DNA of 37,092 nt from a virus (Duplodnaviria; Caudoviricetes): IMG/VR virus record IMGVR_UViG_3300037458_000301, positions 1-37,092 of that record; one strand, written 5' to 3'. The position numbers were made by a program, and so were the translations under genes. Within the stretch, counting starts at the first letter, position 1. The number at the start of each line of letters is the position of its first letter. A model generated the notes under the pieces. The model had not been told where the DNA came from and ran no database searches. It saw nothing but the letters and a program-made list of their open reading frames with translations. Shown here piece by piece: positions 23,935-34,200 of the stretch.

Positions 23935-25454
23935 CAGTAGTTCAATACGTTGCCGTGGTTGTAAACATAGCTCACGTTCATAAACCGAACATCAGAGCCG
24001 TTGTTTTGAATTTTCAGGCGTAGAGCAGCAGTGTTCGCCACCGCACCAACGGTATGCCAGCCACCCGTGATAGGTCGCAAATCACCACCCCAAATCATCG
24101 AGGGCTGACCCCAAACCATTTGGCCCCAAACCATGCCCGTTGGCAATTCATAGTTAAAGTCGCCCTCTGGTTCCAATTGATTGAAGTCAGGGCACAGACC
24201 GTATTTGATTGAGGGATTTCCATTGCTGAACAAATAAGGCTTCACCATCGTGAAATACTTGTTTGCCGCTTTGTCACCGAAATACTGGAACGAAAGAATC
24301 ACATCAGCCGCGATGTTGCTTTCGTTGTCCAAGTGCCCCACCCACGCTTGGCGAACAGTTGTCCCCGTGGCGAAATACAAACCCCTCAGAGATTGCAGCC
24401 AAACAGTTGCGTCCCATCCGGTGAACTTGGCCCATGAACCCGTGATCGTGTTTTGAACGTACTGATAGTTGGCCCCGTTGCCTTGAGGCACGTTCAGAAT
24501 GACCATGTTCAAATCTTCAAACAGGCACAGTTGCCAGCCGAAGTTTTGAGAATAGGCATCAGCGGCTACGCTCACCGAGTTTTGGATTTTGTCAGTGATT
24601 GCCACTTGAGCATCCACCGTCACCGATTGCAAAGCACGTGACAAAGGCAGAACACCCTCAACGCAGTTAATCAAAAGGTCGCCAGCGTACTTAATCCCGC
24701 ATCGACGGCCCAAAGGCACACCAAGCGAGAAAACACCAACCAAGCCCCAATCTGAGGCACTAGAGGGGTCGGTTCCACGATAAACCGCCACCTCGCCCTT
24801 GGACGAAATAATCACCAAATGGTCATCAGAGCCTTCACCAGCATCCAAAGTCCAAGTGTAGATAGCGTTGACAAATCCGCCCTTTTTGAACACCGAACCC
24901 AAAGGAAAAGCCGCCGAGTTTCCACCGATAGACTGAACGGGCAAATAGTGAATCTCAGCCGAGTTCTTTTCGACGAAATACAGCCGGTTCTTGAACAAGC
25001 AAACATGAACCAGACTTGTCGGGTCGGCATGGTTGATAGACATTGCAGACCATGTAGAGCCGTTATAGACCCGTGGAGCATCCTCGCCGTTCACCATCAC
25101 CAAGAAAGACCCGCCTGGAGTCGTAATCATGGTTTCTTGCCAGCGAGCATTGGTCATACCAGTAACAACAGCCGCACCCACAGGGCCGGAGTTGGTCACG
25201 TCATAAATCGCAGTTCCAGCAGCCGCAAACAGCTTGGAGCCACCCGACTCAGGAGCATACTCCACCAATGTCTCAATCGTGGCTGGAAGGCCCGTTACGT
25301 GGTCTTGTGAACCCTTACGGATGCCAACGTATGAGGTGTAGGGGAACCAGTTTTCAAGCAACACCGATTCATTGGGCTTTTGCTCGACAAACGAATCTCT
25401 GTCGTTGAGACCCCCCACAGGGGCTGGCATCGAGGTGTGTTTTGCGCTCGCCAT
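23934..25454 (-). CDS. Tail nozzle / DNA stabilization protein (P22 gp10-like position)
   Basis: 506 aa, beta-rich; PAPVGGLN.RD N-terminus; FKNRLYF. Confidence 0.8.
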   Translation of the reverse strand: MASAKHTSMPAPVGGLNDRDSFVEQKPNESVLLENWFPYTSYVGIRKGSQDHVTGLPATIETLVEYAPESGGSKLFAAAGTAIYDVTNSGPVGAAVVTGMTNARWQETMITTPGGSFLVMVNGEDAPRVYNGSTWSAMSINHADPTSLVHVCLFKNRLYFVEKNSAEIHYLPVQSIGGNSAAFPLGSVFKKGGFVNAIYTWTLDAGEGSDDHLVIISSKGEVAVYRGTDPSSASDWGLVGVFSLGVPLGRRCGIKYAGDLLINCVEGVLPLSRALQSVTVDAQVAITDKIQNSVSVAADAYSQNFGWQLCLFEDLNMVILNVPQGNGANYQYVQNTITGSWAKFTGWDATVWLQSLRGLYFATGTTVRQAWVGHLDNESNIAADVILSFQYFGDKAANKYFTMVKPYLFSNGNPSIKYGLCPDFNQLEPEGDFNYELPTGMVWGQMVWGQPSMIWGGDLRPITGGWHTVGAVANTAALRLKIQNNGSDVRFMNVSYVYNHGNVLNY

Positions 25455-26245
25455 TATTTAACCTGTGGGTGATAGCCAAATTCTTGAATTGAATCAGCGT
25501 TAGTCCATAAATCACGCGCTTTTACCCTTTTTTCTAAAATGTCATAATTATTTTTCAAAGCGTGTTCACCATGATCGACGGCATAATTCTTACTTAAAGT
25601 AACCCAGTCTCCTTGGTTAATGTCTTTAATTCCCTTGGGGACGGCGCGATACATAACCACCTCTGCATCTGGATTGCCTTTAACTTGATGAGCTACTTTA
25701 AAAGCCTCAATATCAGCTTTTGGGTTTCCTGATCTGTAAAGCTGAGCCGCGTTTGCAGAATATACATTTGATGGGTAAAACTCGCCGCCACCAGTTAAAT
25801 CAAACAAAGGCGCTCCAAACTCAGGGCCTGGAGCCGTATGCCTCATACGGTAATCAGTGGCAACATTCGCCGCTTGCCCGCCAGCGCCAGAAACATCCTT
25901 AATGCTCATACCAACAGGCAGGTTTTTCAGCTTGCCAGCGCCCTGAATCAAGGCTTGCGCCCCTTGCTTAGTAAATCCCATCGGGGAAATCATACCAATG
26001 GTGTCGCCAATCACCTTGGAAGCGCCTTGCTCCACTTGCGGGGTAACGCCTTTTTCTTTCAGCCAGTCAGAGCCAAACATGGGCTTATCCACTGGCACAC
26101 CAGCTTTACGAAGTGCCCAAGCAATAGCATCAATGGGAACGGATACGTTCTCAGCAACCATGTTGCTTGCGCTTTGAGCTGTGTTGCGTAGAGCGTCAAC
26201 CATTTGCCTACGGTTTGGGCCGTTTCCGATTTGCGAAAAATCCAT
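25454..26245 (-). CDS. Hypothetical protein with candidate ADP-ribosyltransferase-like C-terminal domain
   Basis: GAGGT RBS; MYRAVP...GDWVTLS..YA...QEFGY resembles the R-S/T-E arrangement. Confidence 0.6.
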   Translation of the reverse strand: MDFSQIGNGPNRRQMVDALRNTAQSASNMVAENVSVPIDAIAWALRKAGVPVDKPMFGSDWLKEKGVTPQVEQGASKVIGDTIGMISPMGFTKQGAQALIQGAGKLKNLPVGMSIKDVSGAGGQAANVATDYRMRHTAPGPEFGAPLFDLTGGGEFYPSNVYSANAAQLYRSGNPKADIEAFKVAHQVKGNPDAEVVMYRAVPKGIKDINQGDWVTLSKNYAVDHGEHALKNNYDILEKRVKARDLWTNADSIQEFGYHPQVK

Positions 26246-26254
26246 TTTGTTACC

Positions 26255-26347
26255 TCAAAGCACAACACTAACAATCAGCATCAGGACGGCATACAACATC
26301 CACGCAATGCCTAATCTAAACATCAATTTGCGGATGTAATCGCGCAT
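26255..26347 (-). CDS. 30-aa hydrophobic peptide (not in ORF track)
   Basis: TGATG coupling to the adaptor gene; MRDYIRKLMFRLGIAWMLYAVLMLIVSVVL. Confidence 0.5.
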   Translation of the reverse strand: MRDYIRKLMFRLGIAWMLYAVLMLIVSVVL

Positions 26348-27246
26348 CAATGACTCGGGAAGTTGCCGTCAAAGGCGTTTTCTTCGGTCAGCAATACAGA
26401 CCCGGCAATCGCACCAATCGACAGCTTAGGCGAACTCTTGTTTGTGGATTTCTCTTGCTCCAACAACCATCGGAACTCGCCCAGAGAAAATGTCGCGTCC
26501 AAGCCCTTAGAAACCAACCATTGAGCTTTCAATCCGGTAATCAGCAATGAATCCGAAAAGATGAACGTGTCGGTGTCTTGCGTGATTTCGGTCTTATAAG
26601 TCCCGTCAGCGCCTTCAACCCAACCGCTTGAAATGTATTCAAAAGCGATAGTCTCACCATCAGGGGGTGAGGGGTTTAACGTCAGTTGGTTGCCCAAGAT
26701 GCGGAATCGTTGGCGTGGGCCAGCAGAGACAATACCGCCCTTGAAGGTTTGCCATTCTTGAGATGTTTTCGGCCCCAATAGCGGCCAGCGTTGTGTGCGG
26801 TTCCACTCAGTCTGAGGAACTTGGCGGTTCCAATCTGAGGGCATATCGTATTTGTTTTGAGCAAACTGCAAAGGAACTGTGCCTGATTGCGTTGCTTCCA
26901 TGTCCATCGTGATCTGTGTCAAATTATCGACACTCACGATCTGAGCGAAAGGCTGGATGCCCTCGCCCAAAATGGTGAATTGGTCGGATAAAGCCGTGGT
27001 CGTAGGTAGGCCCGTGATGATCTTGGAGCCGATTGTCGTTGTGCCCGTCAAGGTAAAAGCCTTGGTGACAATCAAGTGTTCACGGTTCAGCCGTTGCCAT
27101 TCGGCTTGTCGGGTAATGTCAGCCCCCAAACGGTTCAACAAAGCCATTAATTGACGTGTCTGAGGGTCTTGCGTACCGATCAGAGTCGTGGGCCTGAACA
27201 ATGCAAGCTCATCGACGACTTGTTGAACCAGTTTAAGGGCGTTCAT
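26347..27246 (-). CDS. Head-to-tail adaptor
   Basis: LVQQV..EL...WQRL, Y.MPSDW, P.PP....IAFEY.S motifs; position after capsid genes. Confidence 0.75.
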   Translation of the reverse strand: MNALKLVQQVVDELALFRPTTLIGTQDPQTRQLMALLNRLGADITRQAEWQRLNREHLIVTKAFTLTGTTTIGSKIITGLPTTTALSDQFTILGEGIQPFAQIVSVDNLTQITMDMEATQSGTVPLQFAQNKYDMPSDWNRQVPQTEWNRTQRWPLLGPKTSQEWQTFKGGIVSAGPRQRFRILGNQLTLNPSPPDGETIAFEYISSGWVEGADGTYKTEITQDTDTFIFSDSLLITGLKAQWLVSKGLDATFSLGEFRWLLEQEKSTNKSSPKLSIGAIAGSVLLTEENAFDGNFPSH

Positions 27247-27464
27247 TATGTTTTCACTTCAATGTATTTAGTGCCGCCAGTCCCGTAATAAAGGTGTTTA
27301 CCCTCTGCCACTTTGGACTCTTGGCGCTGACTTTCTTGCATCCCCTTAAGGTAATTGTCCATCACCTCTTGGGGCACATACATGGTATTTTCACCCTTGT
27401 TTGCAGCAAAATACTCACGGAATGACCGCAATGTCGCATCCCAAATAGGCTGAAACTCGGTCAT
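27246..27464 (-). CDS. Hypothetical protein
   Basis: Coupled on both sides. Confidence 0.65.
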   Translation of the reverse strand: MTEFQPIWDATLRSFREYFAANKGENTMYVPQEVMDNYLKGMQESQRQESKVAEGKHLYYGTGGTKYIEVKT

Positions 27465-28018
27465 GCCTGAGCTTCCTCTTTCTTTGGTCGTCCGACTTTT
27501 TTCTCAGACACTTCATTCATTTGACGCTGCAAATCGGCAATCATCTCTTTCAATCGCTGATTCTCAGCAGCTTGGGCAGTCTCGCCAGCAGTGCCAGCAG
27601 CGGCCACCAAATAAGCCTTGGCTTTGTTTCGCAAGTCCATGTAGCCCATGCCCATGCGAGACACGTTCAAATCACTCAGGTTTGCCAGTTGTTCAACCGT
27701 GTGAATTTCAAAATACTTGCACTCTTTTACCATCGAGCGTGACATTTGGGGCCATTGCTCCAAGGGCGTTCCTTCGTGGCCTTCGGCTTCGGACGCTTGA
27801 AAACGTGCCCATGCTTTCGGGAATTTCTCTTTGTCAGCGTCAGTGGCTTTTCGTTCAATGATGTTGTTCACATCGCCTGGAACCACGATGCGGACAAAAG
27901 GCACGTCTTTGTAAACAGGACGGCCTTGCTTTTCGCTTTCAGCCTTAATTTCGATTGCGTCAGAATAAAAAGAGACAAACAAGTTTGATTCTTGAGACAG
28001 TTGTTGAGGATTGCTCAC
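27461..28018 (-). CDS. Conserved podophage protein downstream of capsid genes
   Basis: AAGGA RBS, GTG start; VRI.VPGD...FP.AW..F...GTPL..WP. Confidence 0.8.
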   Translation of the reverse strand: MSNPQQLSQESNLFVSFYSDAIEIKAESEKQGRPVYKDVPFVRIVVPGDVNNIIERKATDADKEKFPKAWARFQASEAEGHEGTPLEQWPQMSRSMVKECKYFEIHTVEQLANLSDLNVSRMGMGYMDLRNKAKAYLVAAAGTAGETAQAAENQRLKEMIADLQRQMNEVSEKKVGRPKKEEAQA

Positions 28019-28040
28019 AATGTTTCCTTTGGTTGATTAA

Positions 28041-28074
28041 GAAAGGGGCATAAAGCGCAAACCTTATGCCCCTT
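28041..28074 (-). terminator. Intrinsic terminator after the capsid decoration gene
   Basis: AAGGGGCATAA/TTATGCCCCTT stem followed by TCTT. Confidence 0.7.
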
Positions 28075-28094
28075 CATTTTAACGCTAAGAGACC

Positions 28095-28391
28095 TTAGAC
28101 GCTAGCCTTCTCGAACCAGCCTCGATCGCCAGCAGCCATTGCAGTAGCGGGACTCAAATAAGAGCCGCCAGTTGCGGTAGCCGCAAAGGTCGATGCGTTC
28201 ACGCTACACACAGCGGTAGACGCGGGGATAGCGCCACCAGCTTGAGCGTAAACGTGCAATTTGCCGTCAGAGCCGAACACTTGAGTACCCAGAGCAGCAT
28301 CAGCGGTTTGACCCGCAGCCAATTGAGCAGCGGTAGTGATGCCAACGAGGTCGCAGCCAATTACTGCGGTACGTGAGAATGGAGTTGCCAT
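28095..28391 (-). CDS. Putative capsid decoration/cement protein
   Basis: 98 aa, Ala/Gly/Thr-rich; follows MCP; strong RBS. Confidence 0.65.
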   Translation of the reverse strand: MATPFSRTAVIGCDLVGITTAAQLAAGQTADAALGTQVFGSDGKLHVYAQAGGAIPASTAVCSVNASTFAATATGGSYLSPATAMAAGDRGWFEKASV

Positions 28392-28415
28392 GATTTTTCC
28401 TTAAAAAGTTGAGAC

Positions 28416-28439
28416 AAGAGAAAGGGCCGAAGCCCCTTC
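28416..28439 (-). terminator. Hairpin/terminator after MCP
   Basis: GAAGGGGC-TTCG-GCCCTTTC followed by TCTT. Confidence 0.7.
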
Positions 28440-28441
28440 AA

Positions 28442-29434
28442 TCAATCCGAGAGGACGCCCGAGAACTGAGGGCCGCTGGAGGTCAGAGCACCTGCCCAAC
28501 CATAAAGTTTAATTACAGCATCTTGGTTCACCGATTGACGATCACCACCGATAGCCGTGAAGTTGCGATCCTTGTGAGGACGCAAGAACAGGAACTTCGA
28601 GTTGATGAAGTACATGGTGTTGGTGGGGATAGAACCACCGATACCGCCGTCCAGATACACGTCGCAGTTCAAGCCAGCGCCCATGTATTTGATGGAGGTG
28701 AAACCAGCAGCAGCCGAATCTTCGGAGGTCACACGCTGGATAGCTTGCAACGATTCCAAGAAGAAACGGTAGTAGTTGTTGTCAGCCACGATCATGTCGG
28801 GACGGTCAGTGCCGCGAACCAGTTGAACGGCAACGCGGTTCATGTACGACTGCATATTCGAGGCAGAAGCCGCTGCACCACCATCGGTAGTTGCGTCAAA
28901 CGCCACGTTACGCCAGAAAGCCCAGTTCGCACGGTTGATACCGCCGTAAGTGCCAGTGGTAGGGGTCTTGGAGATAGCAGCAGCCAAACCCACAAGGGCT
29001 TTACCGCCGTTACCAGTACCGTCACCGTACAGGTCGGCGCTGATCTGGTTCACCAGTTGACCTTCGGCCACTTGGATACGGCCTTCCAGCAGGTCGATGA
29101 TCTGCTCTTTACCGCTGTTTTGCAGCATTTCAAAGCCAGAGATAGACACGGCAGCAGCGTACTGCTTCAGGTCAAACTGAGCCGAAGAAATGGGGCTGTT
29201 GGGGGTGATGTCGATGGTGTCGTAGCCAGAGTACGAACCAGCGTTTTGAGTCGATGCATCGTTATAAACGATTTCTTGACGGATAACGGCGCCACCGGAA
29301 ACAGGCTTGACGTTGCCGCGTTGCTTCATTTTCATCAGCAATGCGTTGTTGCGGGTCAAGTTGTCGGCCAGTGCGCCCGAACGGGATTCAATGGTGGTAG
29401 TGAGAATATCACTGATGTTGGCGAAGTTTGCCAT
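28442..29434 (-). CDS. Major capsid protein
   Basis: 330 aa; TTIESRSG.LADN..NNALL, YSGYD, LYGDGT...GL, NQDA motifs; follows the scaffold. Confidence 0.92.
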   Translation of the reverse strand: MANFANISDILTTTIESRSGALADNLTRNNALLMKMKQRGNVKPVSGGAVIRQEIVYNDASTQNAGSYSGYDTIDITPNSPISSAQFDLKQYAAAVSISGFEMLQNSGKEQIIDLLEGRIQVAEGQLVNQISADLYGDGTGNGGKALVGLAAAISKTPTTGTYGGINRANWAFWRNVAFDATTDGGAAASASNMQSYMNRVAVQLVRGTDRPDMIVADNNYYRFFLESLQAIQRVTSEDSAAAGFTSIKYMGAGLNCDVYLDGGIGGSIPTNTMYFINSKFLFLRPHKDRNFTAIGGDRQSVNQDAVIKLYGWAGALTSSGPQFSGVLSD

Positions 29435-29453
29435 GATTTAGGTTCCTTAAAAG

Positions 29454-30449
29454 TTAACTAGCAAATTGGGATTCGAGAATTGATCGCAAATCACCGCTTA
29501 CAGGCTGAGACCCGCCAGAACTCGGGGAACTTCCTTTAACACTTACAGCAGCAGTTTTTGCCCTCTGTGCGCGTTGCTGTTCCTCATAATTCCGTTGCGC
29601 TTCAATCCGTTGCTGTTCGATTAGGGTTTGCCTAACATCAGGACGCATCCAGATAGCCATTTCGTAGGCTTGTTCTAACGATTGGGCTTTGCCGGATTCC
29701 AGCAAGTCAGCCATATCGTTACGCACTGCCTCGAAGTGCGTTTTGTCAGAACTAGCGAACTGGGCCAACTCGTGATTGGCTTTTGCTCTTTCTTGCTCTT
29801 GAATACTATTTTGCCACATTTGTTGTGTTTGACGCAACTCATTCAATTGCTGCATCAAATACTGGGTTTGTGGGTCTTGGGGCTGTACGTTTCCAACCAT
29901 GCCCAAATCAATGCCGTAATCTTGGGCGATCTTATGGAGCATTTGCGCTTTTGTTGCAGGGTCGGCATATCGCAAGGTTTGTTCAACGTGCAACATCCGT
30001 GCAGCAGCTTCTGGCCCACTCAAGCCCAATTGCTGAATGGTTTGCTGATAAGGGGCTAATGCTTGTTCAAATTCCCGCGCTTTTTGGGCGTGGGTTTTAA
30101 ACGATTCAACACCCTTATGAAAGTCGCTTTCCCTCCGCTCGGCTTCAGCGGTCAAAATCCGCACTTCTTCAGGGGTAAGGGGTTCGCCACGGTCTGCCTT
30201 CAAAAACGCTTCTTGGGCCGCAGGTTTCCAGCTTGAGGGCGCTCGACGCTCGGGCTTGGGTTCTACGGGCGCTGGAGCCGTTTCTGTGACCTCTTGGGCC
30301 TTGGGTGCAAACTTGCCTTGTTCATCACGTGGACGGGCCTCTACGGGCGTTTCTGAGACCGTCTCAGGCTCAGGCGTTACCGCAGGGGTTTCGGGTTGTG
30401 CATCGGCTTCAAAAGCTGATTCCAGAGCTTCGCGGAGACTATCGGACAT
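29454..30449 (-). CDS. Capsid scaffolding protein
   Basis: Acidic Pro-rich N-terminus; RDEQGKFA, APSSW; coiled coil; L..AYE.A; upstream of MCP. Confidence 0.8.
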   Translation of the reverse strand: MSDSLREALESAFEADAQPETPAVTPEPETVSETPVEARPRDEQGKFAPKAQEVTETAPAPVEPKPERRAPSSWKPAAQEAFLKADRGEPLTPEEVRILTAEAERRESDFHKGVESFKTHAQKAREFEQALAPYQQTIQQLGLSGPEAAARMLHVEQTLRYADPATKAQMLHKIAQDYGIDLGMVGNVQPQDPQTQYLMQQLNELRQTQQMWQNSIQEQERAKANHELAQFASSDKTHFEAVRNDMADLLESGKAQSLEQAYEMAIWMRPDVRQTLIEQQRIEAQRNYEEQQRAQRAKTAAVSVKGSSPSSGGSQPVSGDLRSILESQFAS

Positions 30450-30474
30450 AAGGGTTTTCCTTAGTGGTTAAAAA

Positions 30475-30867
30475 TTAGTAGCCAAGTTTCTGCATTGAGG
30501 TGTGGATATCACGGCGAATCTGCTCACGATCTACCTTGGGCGCTTGTTTCGTGGTGTGGGCTTTGACTTCATTTCCAACCTCGATCAAACGATTAGCCTT
30601 CAAAAACTCACGATGCGTTGAGCGTGAAGTAATCATTTGCCCATCAACCATGTTTTTGTATGGCTGAATGTCGGCCATAACAAATGGAGCGTTTACTTCT
30701 ACCGATGAATAGAACTCATCTTTTGGAATAAGTTTGCCAGTTGTCGGGCATTGAACGAATGAACCTTTGCTAGGCTTCTTGGCCCCAAAGATTGAATCGT
30801 AGTTATCAGCGAAAGCCTTTTCGTCTGTTGGCCTACGGTCTGAGCCTTTTCCACCATCTGAGTGCAT
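30475..30867 (-). CDS. Conserved hypothetical protein
   Basis: GGKGS.RRP...YD.IF plus DIQPYK..VDG..ITSRS.HRE.LK. Confidence 0.8.
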   Translation of the reverse strand: MHSDGGKGSDRRPTDEKAFADNYDSIFGAKKPSKGSFVQCPTTGKLIPKDEFYSSVEVNAPFVMADIQPYKNMVDGQMITSRSTHREFLKANRLIEVGNEVKAHTTKQAPKVDREQIRRDIHTSMQKLGY

Positions 30868-30878
30868 TGGGTTTTCCT

Positions 30879-31250
30879 TTACATCAGCAATAACATGATC
30901 GCATCGTTTTCGTCATTTTCTTCCTCGATGCGCCTAAGTTCTATTGTAATCAATAACTGCTTGGCAATAAACATCGCCATTTCAGTATTCTGAGCCACCT
31001 TGGAATAATCAATTCCCTGAAACTGCTTCCTAGCTTCTGGAACGGCTTTTAATGCCTCTACGGGGTTTTCTTGAACCGCCTCGATTACTTCGGCAATTGT
31101 CGGAGGCTGAACCTTTTTGTGCTTTTTGCGCCAAAGGTCGTACCAGTATTCAGCGCCAACATCGTGCGAATCCCCGCCCTTTGCTGGCCCCCTTAAATGG
31201 AGGGCCGCAAAGTGCCTAGCACCAAAGTGGAGGGCGCGAAAGTGGAGCAT
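30879..31250 (-). CDS. Hypothetical protein (HF-repeat N-terminus, EEENDE..AIMLLL C-terminus)
   Basis: TGATG-coupled to the giant gene. Confidence 0.75.
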   Translation of the reverse strand: MLHFRALHFGARHFAALHLRGPAKGGDSHDVGAEYWYDLWRKKHKKVQPPTIAEVIEAVQENPVEALKAVPEARKQFQGIDYSKVAQNTEMAMFIAKQLLITIELRRIEEENDENDAIMLLLM

Positions 31251-34200
31251 CAGGTCAGGTCGTAAACTTCAGCCGTGCGGTTGCCCGTCTCAGTGACAGA
31301 GCTAACCAAACGGTCTTTGGTGTCTGCCAAATCACGGAACGTCTCAGTGCTAGAACCCGCACCGCTAACTTTCCCACCCAATACTGAGTTGTGCAAGCGC
31401 AGAGATTCGACCACGGTCGCACCCGTTTCCACTTCGCTAGCCAGAATATCCTCGGGCAAATCATCGACTGCAACTTGCAGAATGTTTACTTTTGTCAAGA
31501 TTTCTGTCACTTCTGGAGCTTGTGCCAGTTGAATCTGCTCCCCTACGTAGAACGCTTGGGAATAGATGCCCTTGGCCATGCTTGTGCGGCGGCGAATGTT
31601 GGAGTTTGTATCAACACCCACAATGTCGAAACCCGTCACCCCAATGAATCGGTAAATCACGTTGCCCACGGTTGCCAACAAAGTGCCAGTGGCGTAATCA
31701 GCGGTAGGTGTTGAGGTGGGCACTTTCCACAATTGGAAGTTACCGTCACCACCCAGAATCTGAACCGAACTGTTACCGTTGGCATCCTCAATTGCAATCG
31801 TAATCACCTCAGTCGAGTTGGCTGTGATCGTTGCAGGTGGGACAGCAATTTCAGTGTTGTAACGTGAATCACCAGCGTAAGACGTGGACTTAGTGGTAAT
31901 CACCGAACCCGTCACCGAATAGACCGATGCAGCATCCTTGTTGATAACGTGCGAGAAGTTGCCGATCTCCAATGCCGTACCAGCACGAGTCACCATCTGG
32001 CCCAACTTAATGCCTTGCTCAGACAGTCGGAAGAAAGCGGTGCGATCGTAGAACTTTGAGGCCGTTTCGATAGCCGTGTAAGCCGCTACAGTCGATTTGT
32101 CGGTCACGGTCAAGCCTACATCTTCAACATAAATCGGAACGTAGAACAATGAACCGCCAGTGTTGGCCGCAAACGTGCCCGACTGACGCTGGAAGCCGTA
32201 ACGCTCGATTGCCCATGTATAAGTACCCGTCACACCCGAGGGGATGTAGTACGAATAAGTCCCTGCGCTTGTCACTTCTTGCTGGAAATACTTGGTCACG
32301 CCCGATGCGTCATAAATCACCAAGGATGAACCAACGGCAACCGATTGGAACTCCCACAGGGTAGAAGAACCGTTTGCATCCGTCACGCTAATGTCGTTGG
32401 TTGCGGCGTTAATCAAACCAGTGGTGCGAACTTCGGTCAAAGCGTCACCCGTAGCAGGTACGCCAAAGCGCAAACCAGAGGCAGTGTTGTAGTCGCCAAG
32501 GTTCAGCACACCATTAGCCGTAGCCGCCAAAAAGTCGGTGTTACTGGCAAAGGTACTCCACCACTGTTTCAGGGCGTTGTAGAGGCGTTGTGGCGACCAT
32601 GTGATCGTTCCAGACACGGGGGCGATTGTCTTGGTCGTGGTGTTGATCGTAATCAGGGCAGCATCAGCCACAGCGGTAGAGGCGTTGACATAGTTGGAAT
32701 CAACAGCGCCCGAAGCGTTGTATGTGATGGTGTTGGCGCGCGCAGCAGAAGCCAAGAACGCAATAGACTGGTCCAACCAACCGGGCTGACGGAAATTCAA
32801 AGTCCAGTCAATCGTATTAATGACAGTCTTATCGTCCAAGCTGTCAACAAATGGCAAGCCGCCATCCGATGCGCCAAAGCCTGAATCGGTATAGAAGTTA
32901 TTAAGCGCAACAGTTGACTCGGCGGTTGTTTGAACAACCTTAGAGGCATAGCGCGAAGCCAAAGCCGAAGGCGTCAAACGCATACGTGGCGCATAACCAG
33001 TTTTTTCGATCTTGATAGATGGGCGGAAGAACACCACGCCAAATTGACCGCTTGCACCAGTAGCACCTTGTGTACCAGCAGCCCACCGGAACAGGCCGTT
33101 ATCGCTACGCACAGGGTCAAGCCAAATCCACTTCACCAATCGGGCGGTAGAAGTGTTCAATGGCGCGGTGCTGCCAGTGTAGGTCAGGCTATCGTTCAAA
33201 ACGTAGAACTGTTTGTTCGTGCCGTTTGACGATCCGTTGAATTGACCAGCATGACGCAGACCAGTCAATCGCTGATTGGTTGCACCCATTTCCAAGGCCA
33301 CAGCCGATGCCGCCGTGCCGTTGATGTTTAGACCGTTAATGACAGACGATGCCGACCAATAGGTGTGAACAACATATGTCGAGTTGGCAGTGGGGCCGTT
33401 AAACGTCCAAGTGCCGTTCGTGATGTTCATTGTGGCCGAGCCGTTGGCTTGGAAGGCAGAAAACACCGAACCAGAATACGAAGTGGCCCCCGTTGGCGCG
33501 TTAAACACCATTGTGGAGTTGTTCAGGTTGAGCGTACTGTTTGCGCCAAACATGGTCTTGGTGTCGTAGCCCAAAGCGGCTTGGGCGTTGATCGTAAACA
33601 GGCTGTTGTTGTTCAGCGTCAACGTGCCACCCAGTTGCACAAACCATTGAGACAAATAAGTCGATGGAGCCCATGTGATCGTGCCGCGGTCAAAAGTAGC
33701 CGTAGATCCAGCGCCCGTAATTTCCACCTGCTTTGTGCCACTCATATCGCGCAGTTTTGCACCCGCGCTAAGTGTTGCCCCAGACTGGACAAAGAGACGC
33801 ATCCGCTGAATCGAAGTCGTACCACTTGCACCAATAGGGTACAGAGCCAAGGATGGGAACTGAGCCAAAGCAGCAGTGGAGCTGCCCCATGCAACCAAGT
33901 AATCGTATTGTTCGTCAAGGGTAGATGAGCCGCTAATGGTTGCGGTGTCTGTTCCTTGGTTGCCAGCAATCTTGGAAGAAAGCGCCAAAGCCTGAGCCAA
34001 GGTCAGTGTGGTCGTGGTGTCAGGCACTTGGTTGACCAAGCCGCCCAGCTTCAAGTCCGTGCCGTTGCCAGCCGTACCCAAGCTATAGGTGTAGGTGGAA
34101 TGGTTGCCGCTGATCGCTTGGAAGCCGTAGCATTTGACCGTGTAGTCAAACGATGTGTAGAACGTGGTAGGGCTGACAGTGCCGTTAGCCGTACCGCTGT

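Noticed and set aside
28409-29461. 350-aa plus-strand ORF
   Set aside because: Antisense shadow of the codon-biased major capsid gene
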